Source: Naegleria gruberi (lineage: Eukaryota). Taken from it: a stretch of DNA of 64,000 bases. The notes under the pieces were generated by a model. It saw nothing but the letters and a program-made list of their open reading frames with translations. It searched no databases and was not told the origin of the DNA. Shown here piece after piece: positions 51,543 through 63,328 of this stretch. The stretch is from NCBI GenBank assembly GCA_000004985.1, contig GG738855.1; one strand, given 5' to 3'. Made by a program: the position numbers and the translations under genes. Each line of letters begins with the position of its first letter. The first letter of the stretch is position 1.

Positions 51543-52364
51543 GTGTTGAATTGTAAGTTTTCAATTTATTTGACGACTCTTAATTTCTTTCTTTTTATTA
51601 TTTATTTTGTTAATTTCTATTCGAAAGTATTGCGTGAGAAAGATTATAATGGAGTTAAAGTTCTCTCCTCCACAAAGGACGACTATTTGAAGGAGGGAAT
51701 TTCACAGGCCTCTTGTGTGCTATTGGTGAGGGAATTGGAAAAGGTTCTCAATCCAACTATTAACAATTCAGTTTCTACACAACCTGCATTGGAAACATCG
51801 GCAGAAACTAAAAAGTTATTAGAAAAAGGAATGAAATGTATGGAAAATAATGATCTCCAAGGATGTTTTAATGCCTTCTTTGATGCCTCACAGAATTTGG
51901 ATGATCCAACCATAATTACTGAATATTTTGACAAGCTATATAAGGCAGGATTCACAGATGAAAAATCGTATGCACTCCTCATGGAGTATTTTCTGATTCA
52001 GGCTGAAACTGGGGATGCATTCTCATCTAATATGATTGGACAACTTCATTGTGGATATTGTGGACATGCAAAGGAAAGTAAAAAGGCCTTATTATGGTTT
52101 GAAAAGGCAGCTAAACAAGGAGAAGTTTCTGCTCAATTCAATTTAGCTAAATTATATTTGGATGGAGATGGTGAGCATGTACCAATCGATTATTCAAATG
52201 CTCTGAAATGGTTCAGAAGAGCAGGTTTAGAAAATTCACATCCAGACTCACTTTACTACCTCTGCACAATGTATGAAAAAGGTTTAGGTGTGAGTGCAGA
52301 TTTGAATTTAGCAGAGGAATATTTTGAAAGAGCTAAAGCTTTGGGTTCAATACTTACTCAATAA
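51543..52364 (+). CDS. Sel1-like (TPR-related) repeat protein. The N-terminal exon structure is uncertain.
   Basis: Repeats of the form A...LG.MY..G.GV..D...A..W...AA.QG: SNMIGQLHCGYCGHAKESKKALLWFEKAAKQGEVSAQFNLAKLYLDGDGEHVPIDYSNALKWFRRAGLENSHPDSLYYLCTMYEKGLGVSADLNLAEEYFERA. The first in-frame ATG of the track may not be the real start, because a GTAAGT at 51549 suggests an upstream exon. Confidence 0.5.
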   Translation: MLNCKFSIYLTTLNFFLFIIYFVNFYSKVLREKDYNGVKVLSSTKDDYLKEGISQASCVLLVRELEKVLNPTINNSVSTQPALETSAETKKLLEKGMKCMENNDLQGCFNAFFDASQNLDDPTIITEYFDKLYKAGFTDEKSYALLMEYFLIQAETGDAFSSNMIGQLHCGYCGHAKESKKALLWFEKAAKQGEVSAQFNLAKLYLDGDGEHVPIDYSNALKWFRRAGLENSHPDSLYYLCTMYEKGLGVSADLNLAEEYFERAKALGSILTQ

Positions 52365-52518
52365 TTAGAGTAAATCAGTGTAATTTATTTTCAAACATTT
52401 TTGAATACCATTATGAACACAATATTCAACCTGGGGACCAACCCAGCAAAACTCTTCCTTTATGATGATTTCAAATCTAGACATGTTTAGAGAAAATCCA
52501 AAACATCCTACTTATAAT

Positions 52519-54004
52519 TTACATGATAGTACAACAACCCTTTTTACCTCCACCTTCACAGTTGGCAAGCTTCTTTTCTAATTCCTCAATTCTAGCCTTC
52601 AGCTTCTTTTCGTTTTCTAAAAGCTCAGCAATCTTTTCTAACCTTGGATCTCCTCTAGAAACTCTGAGTTTGTTCTTAATTTGCTTGGCTCTATCAGAAA
52701 AGTAGAGAGTGCTCAAGGTCTCTTCACTATTTACATCTGCTGAAGAAACACATGATATCATTACACAAAATGCATTACCTCCAATGGAATCTTTCAATAA
52801 CCGAGTCAGGATTGAATTTCTGTATGGTACAAAGTTTGTTTTCTTCACAAGGGCATTAATGACATTACCCAAGTTGGATAAACTGAGATTGATATTTGCT
52901 CCTTCCTTCAACCGGTCTCCTGTAGCTTCTGTTGATGAGGCTCTTTCACTACCAGCAAGATCGACCAGTGAAATCTTGTTGGATCTCAAACTGAGACCAT
53001 CTTCATCACCTTTATCAACTTGATCCATGTAAATTGTCAGAACAGCGTGAGATCTTGAGGAGAATTGATTCATTTTGGTTTCGCCAACAGTTCTCCTACT
53101 AGCTCCTTCATCCAACAACTCGTTCAATTCCTCTTCACTTCCGATTGGCCTTTCAATGAGATTTGTAACAATAATTCCCTTCACCTTATCTTCTCTAACA
53201 TCATATTTTAACTTTTCAGTTCTATTGTGGAGAAGATCGTGAATATTTTCATTATAAATTTCAATATATGAAGCCTTAATGGTAATATCCGTTTTCTTTT
53301 GTTCCTTTCTCACATATTCAAAGAGCTCTCTCACAAAACGAGTCATTATTCCTTGTTGTTGTTGATCTCCTTTCACACCTTCCATTGTGTAGGTTTTTCC
53401 ACTTGATGTTTGACCGTATGCAAAGATACAAGCCTGAATTCAAATACAACCTTAATGAAAAGATTAGTCTTTAAAAACATACATTATATCCCAATATAAA
53501 TCTCTCCAAACACATTGCTCCTGTAGCTTTATAAATTTCAGTTTGAGCAGAAGTTTCATCAAAAACTCCATCAAAGAAAAATTCCTTATCTTCCTTATCC
53601 TTTCTCACCAGTTTGATTTTTCCTTCCGATTTGCCTATCGATAAGCAAGAACTACTCTTGAGAGATAATTCTCTCTGATTCAATGGTCTTGATCTCACCA
53701 CAACTTTAATATTAGTCTCGTCAACTGCTGACACCATCGTATTGATAGCTTCTAAAGCAACTTGTTGTGACTTTTCTTCCTCCTTCCTAGGCGAAACAAT
53801 AATGGTTGTGGTACCAGCACTCAATTTTGAATTATCCTTCTTTTCATTATTTGTTGATGAAATTGCCGATCCAGGAGCACTTCCTGCCTTCTTCTTCTCT
53901 ACTGCAGTGGTTGTAGCAGTAGCAGTGGAGGGACTCTTTGCTGCTTTAGGATTTTTGTTATTAGTATTAGCAGCAGGCGCATTTGTTCCTTTTGATGCAA
54001 CCAT
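52519..54004 (-). CDS. Kinesin-like motor protein (about 478 aa), two exons: 53483..54004 and 52519..53433. The C-terminus is CTIM, a CaaX prenylation box.
   Basis: Exon 1 encodes ...IKVVVRSRPLNQRELS...FFFDGVFDETSAQTEIYKATGAMCLERFILGYN. Exon 2 encodes ACIFAYGQTSSGKTYTMEG (P-loop) ... NQFSSRSHAVLTIY (switch I SSRSH) ... KISLVDLAGSE (switch II DLAGSE) ... then a coiled coil and GGGKKGCCTIM*. The 49 nt intron runs from a GTATGT donor to a TTCAG acceptor. Confidence 0.8.
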
Positions 54005-54437
54005 TTTTTTTAAAGAATTTTTTGAGGTCAGTTAAGGTCGGTTGAGGTGGTTATTGTTTGGCGTAGGTGTTTTTGGAAAAATTTAAAGTTCCTTAAAGAT
54101 ATGTGAAGAATAGGAGAATTGGAAGGAAATTTGAAATACATATATGAATGGGCCAAACCTCTTATAGTTGATTAAGAATAAGTATTCATTGCATGATATC
54201 AAATGTAATGTTGAACATTCAACTCAGATACTCTCAATTAATGTCATTTCTCCAAATCCAAGTATCACTGTGAAACCAGTAGCCCATTTTACAATAAATT
54301 CAATATTGAAATTAATCTTACAACAGTAACATGAAAATCAATGAGCGCGCGATACTACATTTGCGGTGGTTGTTTCAATCAAAACACAGATTTTTTCTTG
54401 AATTTTTAAAAAATACAAAAAAATCAATTTCATCATC

Positions 54438-56483
54438 ATGCACAACAATAAAACATTTGCCTGTTGTTGTGCAACTCTCTTGGTGGTGCTATTGAGCATT
54501 TTGATGATCTCATCGAGGGATGCTCTCGTATTTGGAAAGTTTATCATCAACAACAAAAAAGTAATGCCAACCATTACTTTTGAAGAGTTGAAAAAGTTAT
54601 TGCCAAAGGAAGATTTGAGCAAGTTGAAGGCCGAAGCCTTGATTAATACAGTATCTATTTATTGTTCATCATCAGCATCATCAACAAGTAAATATTATTT
54701 GAAGGAAACATCGACATCATTTACCTATACATTTGGTAATTATGATTTTGATAAAGCCATCGCTGTTGGTATTCTCTATGATGGTTATTCACCAGTTTTG
54801 AATAATCAAACTGATGCTGTTGATGGTTGGATGCGTTTGTGGGTCTCTACCTTCACCAATGTTAATAGAGAATCAAGTGGTGTTGATGCTTGTTATAAAT
54901 CGGAAATTAACAGACAATATGCTGCTGGTATGGTTGAAGGTTTATTGACACAACCACAAATTTACAACTTTTTCCAAAATCAATATAGTAATTGGAAGTT
55001 TGCAAAGAATAATGTGGATTTGAAGGCCAAGTTTGGTGACAATAATGAATGGGTCAAGTCACACGAAAGATTCAGGTCATCTCAACAACAAGGAAGAAAT
55101 AGTTCTAATTATTATTTCCCATCTGCATTGGTTGCCTACATGCAAGACAATTACAATTGGTTGAATCAACAAGTTGCTTCCAATCCAACATCTAATTATT
55201 GGAAACAAGTTGGTGGAACTTTGACTCAATTCAATGGTCTTGTTCAAGGTTATACTATTCGTGCCGAACAAGAAAAGAATGAAGTTTATGGAAGTTTGAA
55301 TTGGTTGGATTTATACTTTTTACAAGCTGCAGGTGATATGGAAACTTTGGAAACAGCTATTAAGGATCCATCAACCACTACCAGATCCAGAAATAATAAT
55401 AATAATAATGGAATTGTTCTCCCAGATGAAGAAACCATGACTGATTGTAGTGCTCTCATTAAGATTACACCAGATTGCCTTAACCTTTTCGCAGGACATA
55501 CAACATGGAGAGGATACAACATTATCAACAAGATGTACAAGGTCTATAGTTTATTGTTGAACAATGTTGCCTCAAAGACTGTATCATTTGCTTCATCTCC
55601 AAGCTTTTTGAGTAGTAAGGATGATTTCTATGTCACTGAAAATGGTCTCGTCACTATGGAAACAACCAATGATGTTTTCAATGAAACCCTCTTCCAATAT
55701 ATTACACCAAAGAGTGTCTTGTGTTGGGTTCGTTCCATTGTTGCCAACAGACTTGCTACAACCTCTAAGGAATGGGTCTACTATTTTGGACTCTACAATT
55801 CTGGTACTTATAACAATCAATGGATGGCTTTGGATTACAAGAACTTTAAACCTGGAGTATGTCATTTGCCAAAGGATTCTTTCTGGATTTTGGAACAAAT
55901 TCCTGGATCCGTCATGACTAGAGATGTTACTGATGTTTTGAATAAGCAATCCTTCTGGAGCTCTTTTAATATTCCTTATTTTGAACATATTTATAACATT
56001 TCAGGATATCAACAAGCCAAGCAAAAGTTTGGTAATGATTATGATTATAATTTGTGTTCTAGAGCTCTCATTTTCAAGAGAGAACAAGCCAAGATTGGAG
56101 CTGATAGATCTAAACCAGTTGATTATAAGGATTTCGGTAGAGTTTTACAATTCAATGAATGGAAGACTGATCCATACAGTTTAGGCGATCCTAGCAAAGC
56201 TGTCTCATCTAGATATGATTTGAGAGATCTAAGATTCGCTGCCTTTGGTGGTATTGATACTAAGGTTACTGACTATGTCAAGAATTTGAAACACACTTCC
56301 ATGTGGGGTATTTGTGGTCCTACCCATCAAGACGAATCTCAAACTCCACCATTCACTTGGACTGATAAATTCAAGGCCACCCATTTGGGCCAACCTCAAA
56401 CTTATAATTTCGATTGGGTTGATTTGGAAGATGTTGACTCCTTCTATTCCTCTCTTTCACAAAAATCTAAAAGAAGAAATTAA
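54438..56483 (+). CDS. Phospholipase B-like (PLBD / LAMA-like lysosomal) protein.
   Basis: Signal peptide MHNNKTFACCCATLLVVLLSILMIS. The conserved block DCSALIKITPDCLNLFAGHTTWRGYNIINKMYKVY matches the PLB-like family motif (DCSALIK...HNTW..Y..MLR..K.Y). Continuous 681 aa ORF. Confidence 0.7.
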   Translation: MHNNKTFACCCATLLVVLLSILMISSRDALVFGKFIINNKKVMPTITFEELKKLLPKEDLSKLKAEALINTVSIYCSSSASSTSKYYLKETSTSFTYTFGNYDFDKAIAVGILYDGYSPVLNNQTDAVDGWMRLWVSTFTNVNRESSGVDACYKSEINRQYAAGMVEGLLTQPQIYNFFQNQYSNWKFAKNNVDLKAKFGDNNEWVKSHERFRSSQQQGRNSSNYYFPSALVAYMQDNYNWLNQQVASNPTSNYWKQVGGTLTQFNGLVQGYTIRAEQEKNEVYGSLNWLDLYFLQAAGDMETLETAIKDPSTTTRSRNNNNNNGIVLPDEETMTDCSALIKITPDCLNLFAGHTTWRGYNIINKMYKVYSLLLNNVASKTVSFASSPSFLSSKDDFYVTENGLVTMETTNDVFNETLFQYITPKSVLCWVRSIVANRLATTSKEWVYYFGLYNSGTYNNQWMALDYKNFKPGVCHLPKDSFWILEQIPGSVMTRDVTDVLNKQSFWSSFNIPYFEHIYNISGYQQAKQKFGNDYDYNLCSRALIFKREQAKIGADRSKPVDYKDFGRVLQFNEWKTDPYSLGDPSKAVSSRYDLRDLRFAAFGGIDTKVTDYVKNLKHTSMWGICGPTHQDESQTPPFTWTDKFKATHLGQPQTYNFDWVDLEDVDSFYSSLSQKSKRRN

Positions 56484-56680
56484 ACTGCCAAAAATCAATA
56501 AATATTTATTGAACCTGTACAGATTTTCTCTTGATTTTCACCTTCTCCAACTCATTGAACCAACACTTTCACTTTTTCACACCCACTCAACCAATTCATT
56601 TCAACACACACAATGTTAACTATTTAACTCGACGCTAAAAAGAATCACACATTGAAAAATATCTTTGAAATTAAAAAAAA

Positions 56681-57889
56681 ATGCCAAACACGCGCCACCA
56701 TCACGTAATTTCCAAATATTTATTTACTCACTTTGAACGGAGAGATCTTTCGTTATTGATGAATGGTTATGTAAATTATCAACAAGATGATCAGATAAAT
56801 ACTCTTCCGTATGTAGCATCCATTCCGATTGATATATCGGAAGATGAAGGGTTGATGGGAGGTAAAATTGGTACATTGGTTGGATTATTTATTTTGAGTG
56901 TTGTATTTGGTATATTGCCATATATTGTTCATCATTTATCTCAATTGGAAAGATTGAAAAAGTTAAAGAAGGCACTTCATATTGTTCAACTTATTTTCGG
57001 ATATTGTAATGCTATTGCTGCTGGTGCAATTTTGGGAAGTGGATTGACTCACTTGTTACCTGATAGTATTGAATGTTTTAATAATTATTTTGAATTGTAT
57101 AATCATCAGTTTGATAATTCAACATTGAGTTCAGTAGTTTTTGGTGATTCACCAACTACTAATGGTACATTTACTCCAATTTCGGATACAGTTGTTGATT
57201 ATCCTTGGTCAATGATGATTGCTGGTACTATTAGTTTGTTTTTGGTTGGTTTGGATAGAGTTTTCTCTGAACATTCACATGGATCTTCGAATAGTTATGG
57301 AGGACATTCTCACTCACATAAAGGAGAGGAAGACCATTTAATTGTAAATTCTGAGGAAAGACATGAAATGTACAGTGAATTGGAACATGAAGAAAATAAG
57401 GAACGTCACAAGTATTCCTTCCTTGTCAAATCATTGCTTTTTACATTTGCTATTTGTGTCCATTCAGTTTTTGAAGCATTTGCACTTGGGTTGGAGACAA
57501 ATACTGAATCATTTGTATCCTTGCTAGTTCCTATTGTAGCTCACAAGGGTTTCGAATCATTGACAACAGGATTCATTGTATTGAGATATACATTGTGTAA
57601 ATCATGGTTCCAGGTTCTTATTTTGATACAGGTTGCCATCTATGCATTGAGTACACCTATTGGAATGGGAATTGGTATGGCCATCAGCAGTGGCGATTTG
57701 TCCTTTTCTTACTATATGATTTCAGGTATTATTCAAAGTATTGCTTGTGGGTCTTTCCTTTTCATTGCTTGTTTCGAAATTATTCCAACAAGTTTGGAGG
57801 AAAATTTTGGATTGTGGGATAGAGCTTTGAAAATGTTCTTGATTTGTTTAGGATTTGGAGTCATGTGTATTTTGGCTGCCTTCTCATAA
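56681..57889 (+). CDS. ZIP-family (SLC39) metal ion transporter.
   Basis: Multiple TM helices. A His-rich cytosolic loop HSHGSSNSYGGHSHSHKGEEDH sits between TM3 and TM4. ZIP signature helices are present: HSVFEAFALGLE (HxxxE) and VAHKGFESLTTGF. Confidence 0.7.
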   Translation: MPNTRHHHVISKYLFTHFERRDLSLLMNGYVNYQQDDQINTLPYVASIPIDISEDEGLMGGKIGTLVGLFILSVVFGILPYIVHHLSQLERLKKLKKALHIVQLIFGYCNAIAAGAILGSGLTHLLPDSIECFNNYFELYNHQFDNSTLSSVVFGDSPTTNGTFTPISDTVVDYPWSMMIAGTISLFLVGLDRVFSEHSHGSSNSYGGHSHSHKGEEDHLIVNSEERHEMYSELEHEENKERHKYSFLVKSLLFTFAICVHSVFEAFALGLETNTESFVSLLVPIVAHKGFESLTTGFIVLRYTLCKSWFQVLILIQVAIYALSTPIGMGIGMAISSGDLSFSYYMISGIIQSIACGSFLFIACFEIIPTSLEENFGLWDRALKMFLICLGFGVMCILAAFS

Positions 57890-57945
57890 ATCAATTTATT
57901 AGCTTTGAAATCTCGATTACTTGCATCCAAATTTCTAATCAAGCA

Positions 57946-60900
57946 TTATTGTTGTAACTGGTTTCGGATTGTGTTTGCTTCATAAGAAGAGATAATACTT
58001 CTTCCTCTAGTTTTCCTAGTTACTGCTTCCTCTTTTTGTTCGATACTTTGTGCAGAGGTCCTCATAAATTCATTCATTTCTTCATCGGTTGGCATTGGTT
58101 TCGTGTGGTGTTCATCATTCAGCAAGTAACATTTTGTCATTCCCTTTCCTTTCACTTCGATATTCCTCTCCTCAAAAACAAATCCCAAATCATGAACTCT
58201 CTCATAGGTTGATCTGGTTATCTGTATTCTTCCTGAAAGAGATGTTGATTCCATTCGAGAAGCTGTGTTAACTGCATCACCCCACAAATCGTAGGCAAAC
58301 TTTTTGGTTCCAATCACACCAGCCACAACTGACCCAGTATTGATACCAATGAATGTATCACCTCTCTTCAATCGTTGGGCAACTGATTCAGGTAAGATAT
58401 TCTTCAATAGATTTTCAGAGTGTTTCTTCTCGTCTTCCAACAGAGCTGCTGCCTTTTTTTCTGAGGTGATATCCTTTATGGTTAAAATAATTAGAACGCC
58501 CTTTCCTGATACCTTAACTGTGAAAAGATTGAGTTTTGTTGGGAATTTTGTTCCATTTTTTCTTAAACATTCGGATTCTAATGAATCATGACCTCCACTA
58601 TCATTTCCTGAAAACTCATTTACGAGGGCACTCACTGATTTTCTGACAGATTCTTTTGTTTTCCCTTCCTCGAATATGGAATAGAAGGAGGTTCCAAGGA
58701 TTTCCTGTGTTGCAAGACCAAGCATATTAAGGGCTGGTGTGTTGATTAGTTCCACTTCTCCTTCTGTATTGATGATTATTGAACCATCAACACTTGAATT
58801 AATTACAGAGCATACGCCCGAATAAGATCCTTGTCCTTCATCTGATTGCCTTTCTGATTTTAGACTAAACTTATTAGACAATGGATCTGAGAATAGATTG
58901 TAGAGTGCTAAATTCTTCAATCTCTCATTGTTTTCGAGAGTTTCAATAGGAATATAATTCAATAGCATCTTTGTGTAGTAATATTGATTAGAATTCGACC
59001 CCATAATTGAGAGAATCAATTTACAAAAAATTAAAGAAATACAAGTACCCAAAATAGTAAATAACAATACAGAAACATAACTGGATTTCTGAAGAAACTC
59101 TTGCAAATTCTTGCATAAATGATGCTAGTTTTAGAGAGAGAGGATATGACCTAGCTTGATTAGTGTAATGTTCAAAAAACAAGGTACTAATTTCTTGCAT
59201 TGTAAAGTTGGTTGACTGGTATTTGTAGAATTTCTTAGTTAACTCAGACACTTTGGATGAAGTTGAAACAAATTCAGACATCATATATTCGACACCAATA
59301 CAATAACTATAGTAATTTTGCACATTAAATGTAAAATTATTTGCTTGCAAATATTCAGTACAATTATCTGAAACTCCAAATTTCAATGTCTTGTCCATCG
59401 ATGGATAGATACCAACAAGAGGTGTATCGTATGCTAAATATTATGGAAATTATCAGTAATTAAATTGAGGTTGAAACTTACGAATATTAATATTACCAAA
59501 TATCAGATCCGTATAATTAGACGAAAGTCCATCAATTTGATCCAAAAGAATGTGGCTCAGCTCGTCAAATGTAGAACTAGTTCTTAAAAACGGATGGGCA
59601 ATGTTAGTAGCCCCAAAGTTGTTGGTATTTCCTAAACCATAAACGGATAAAAGTTCTGATAAGTAGTATCCACAAATTTGTACAAAATAAATTACTCTAG
59701 CTCCAGCTTGAATATTATAATAAGTTTTGAGTGCGCTTACTGCATTTCCATTAATTTCATTATAAAACATTCCCAAACAAAATGGGTTGACTAAAACCAA
59801 AACCATGACTGAAACTATGAGGGTGTACTTGGCTTTGGTAATTTTCGAAATCAAACTGGAATCAAGTGAAGAGTCAATAGATGATTGCTTGGAAAGTGAC
59901 TGATATATTCTAGCTATCTTGTCTCTTGGAGTCTCCTTCTTGATTGTTTTTACCAATCTTTTAAGGTAGTACTGTCTGTAAAGAACAGTAATAATGAAGC
60001 ACATAGCGATTGGCAACAATGCTAAACTACCAGCTACGAGATAGATTTGAAAATACGATAATAATGAAGTTGTGGATAATTGGCTAGAATCTACATAATT
60101 CGAACAAAATGCAGACAGAACATCAAATGCATTATCTCTGTTACTCCAATAATACATGAAACTATAGTCCTGTATAGAATTCATGAAAGTACCATTAATA
60201 ACAGACCTAACGAGCTGATCTCTTGTTGATTGAGAAATTGTTGTGGAGTTGGACAATAACAATAAATCATTGAGAGGAAAACTTTCTTGGATTCTTTCTA
60301 AGAAGCTTTTCAGATTATTGGTAAATTCATTGACTGATATTCTTCTTATTTGCACTGTACCTGAATAGTATCCATTGTCTCTAATCGTAGGAATTAATGC
60401 TGTGTGTTCTCCTGCACCGTAACTATTTATGAAATTAGCAAAAGAGCTCAATAAACTTACGCTGTATAGATAGGAGCATCAAAAACACCTTTTTGTGCAA
60501 GTAATATCAAATCGTGTAGAACATTCTTGTCATTTTCCATTCTATGAAGATAGTTTTGGATATATTCCTTTAGTAAGAGTTAGAGAATGTTATATTGGAG
60601 GGATACTACTTACCTGAAAGGTTTCTGTTGGGAGACTATCATATTCTGTCTTCCAATCACTTCCATAATTAATATAATAATTAATTGCACTTTGCATACT
60701 TCTGACATTTCTTATTACAGACATTCCAACTTCCTCAGTCAAACAAGCAGAATTCAAGTTTACAACACCAACTCTAATCGAAGATCCAATGTAAATAGCA
60801 AAAGAAGCGCCTCCTAAACCAACACTGAAAATGATCACAAAAATTAAAATAAACAGACTGTTTCTCAAACTTTCGTTTGGTTTGTTCCTAATTCCATTCC

Positions 60901-62833
60901 TGAACAATAGGTCCTTGTGCATTTCATGTTCTTCTTCTTCGTCTACCTCACTTACTGGTGCTTCAGAGAATAAATCAGATTCGGTAGGATCGAATGAAGT
61001 TGGTACTACTTGTGACTCTTTTCTAGGCCTTTTAGCACTCATGTACAAACCTCTTGCATCCTTTTCCAATCGATTGGCTTCTTCATAGAGGGTTTCAGAT
61101 TTCACCTTGTCAAACTGAAAAAGCTCAACGTACGTGGCATACAACCTGAGAATCTGTTTACTTCTCTTACTTCCCATTAATTCCTCAAACATTTGATTAC
61201 ATTCCACTGTAATCTCTGCAATCTTATTTGCAATCTTTTCAATGGTCGAGTATTGTGGTGATTCTTCAATAAGTTCCTTCCAAAAGTCTCTGTGGAGAGA
61301 CAGAAGCATATCCTGATTGTATTTCAATTCTTTGATGGTTCCATCGTCACCCAAATCAGAACTATTAATTGATGAGATATTTAGCCTATGCTCTTGCAAT
61401 TCTAATGATTTGTATAGGGAAATAGTTCTCATAAAAATATTCTTTGAATGTCTAACAATATGGTAGAGTATATCAATGGATTTGTCCAAATTGATGCTCT
61501 CATCTTCTTCTGCATGAGCTAACAGCATGGAAATGTAAAATAAACATTTAGGATCTCTGATATTCTTATTTATGAGCGTCTTGGCAGTAAGTAAATATAA
61601 TTCCCTTTCTGTCACATCTCCAGCAACAATTGCATGCTTTATTCTATGGTATTGACTAAAATAGAAGCTTAATTTAGAGAAATATCCTCTTCCATGATTC
61701 TCTTGCATAATATTTGTACAATTTACATCAACGCATGCAAGAATTGACTTTCTGTCAGATGATTTCAGATCAATCCCACTGAGTAGGGTTTTTCTGACTG
61801 AGTTGATTATCAAGCGCTGGTACAATTCCATCAAGATTATGAAAATAACAAAGAAAATGATTGCCAAGCCAAATGTCAAAGGCAGGCCAATTATTTGTAA
61901 ATAGAAATTATTTCCCTTCAGTATAGTAGAAACCAGTGAACCAATAGAAACGCCTGTTCTAGCACCTGCAACAGCAAATAATATTGAATTATCAACAGTA
62001 TTAAAACATGTCTTGAAATAGAATGTAACTGAAGCAAATATCAAGCTCATTACAATATTCAATGAATCTGAGATGATCTTGTATTCCAATGGAATTGAAA
62101 ATATGAGTAATACACCCATAAAGTTTACAATGTCAAGCGTCATAATATGAATGGGATAAGATGAGCAAAAAGGAACCCTATCATAAGTATTCATGTCACT
62201 AACAATCAATCTATTCAGGATTATTAATGCAAAGAGTATTGCCAAACATCCAATAGCTAATACAATTACTACCATGTTTCCAGAATCAATACAAGATACT
62301 TGATTGTACCTGTACAATAGTCGCTCCAATGTAGTTTCATTAATGAGATTCGAACAATTATAAAATCCCACCAGTATGTTTACGAAAAGAGGAGAAAGTA
62401 CAAGAAGTAAATTACCAAATATCCATAATCCTATTCTTACATATCTAATATTATCGAGTGCTTTCGTAACTACCCACACAGAGGCAATGCAAAGAACCAA
62501 ATTCATCATGACAAACATCATAACACCCAAACCTATTCCAATACTTGCATAATATCCCCACATGTCCACCAGCAATGTAATGGGGAAATTGATTATTGAA
62601 TATATTATATTCGAGTATAACTCTCCTACCTCTCCATTTCTAATCGAAGGAATAAACACAGAAATATACAGAAATAAGGAATGAAACAATAGAGTTGATA
62701 GATACCATTTCCATCCACGCTTTGAACCCTGTATCTTTACGGAAAGGAATGTGGAGAGAGTATTTTGGAGAGTCTTATTATTGAGGTTGGCTCTAATCAA
62801 ATTCTGACTAATCGAACTGCCAATATCAGTCAT
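57946..62833 (-). CDS. Polytopic membrane protein with a PAS domain and a truncated class-III nucleotidyl-cyclase homology domain. It has several exons (62833..60590, 60451..59453, about 59398..59110 and 59106..57946) and the internal junctions are unresolved.
   Basis: The N-terminal exons encode more than 12 hydrophobic helices (FHSLFLYISVFIPSI, LGVMMFVMMNLVLCIASVWVV, LLLVLSPLFVNILVGFY, VVIVLAIGCLAILFALIIL, LPLTFGLAIIFFVIFIILMELY, ...). The 3' exon has a PAS-like segment (INTEGEVELINTPALNMLGLATQEILGTSFYSIFEEGKTKESVRKSV...NGTKFPTKLNLFTVKVSG), then LLKNILPESVAQRLKRG followed directly by DTFIGINTGSVVAGVIGTKKFAYDLWGDAVNTASRMESTS. This is the C-terminal half of a class III cyclase catalytic domain (R-IGIHTG-VVAGVIG...YD.WG..VN.ASRME). 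The roughly 90-residue metal-binding half is missing. Confidence 0.5.
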
Positions 62834-63328
62834 CCTTTTTTTTAATTTCCTACTCTGATGAATTGTAGATGATGAGAATATTAGAAAAATTCATTATATA
62901 ATTGGAGAGATTATAATTATTATGGATGATTATTGAATCTCTAGAAATATATATATTATGAAATAGAGATGGAGATGGAATAATTATAATTTAATAATAT
63001 TAGCTGTTACGTATGATGGTTAGTGCTGTTTTCCTAATTTTGATCGGATCGTAGCAGTAAAGTGCTCACTAGCCATCAAACATTTTTACATTTTTTTAAT
63101 TGTTATGTTTAACGAGAGAAGTGAATTGGTGGTGATATTATTTCCACGTTCCTGTTCAATTACAACAAGCAATGTTACATCATTCTAATCTAGAATTATA
63201 GTGATGATACTCGACTTCCACTATTGAAAACAAGTGAAAATTAAAAACTTTTTATAAATTTGTAAGTTTCTCTTAAATTTGTTCGATTTGACAAATTGTA
63301 AATGGAAATTAAAAGTTACAATTATATC

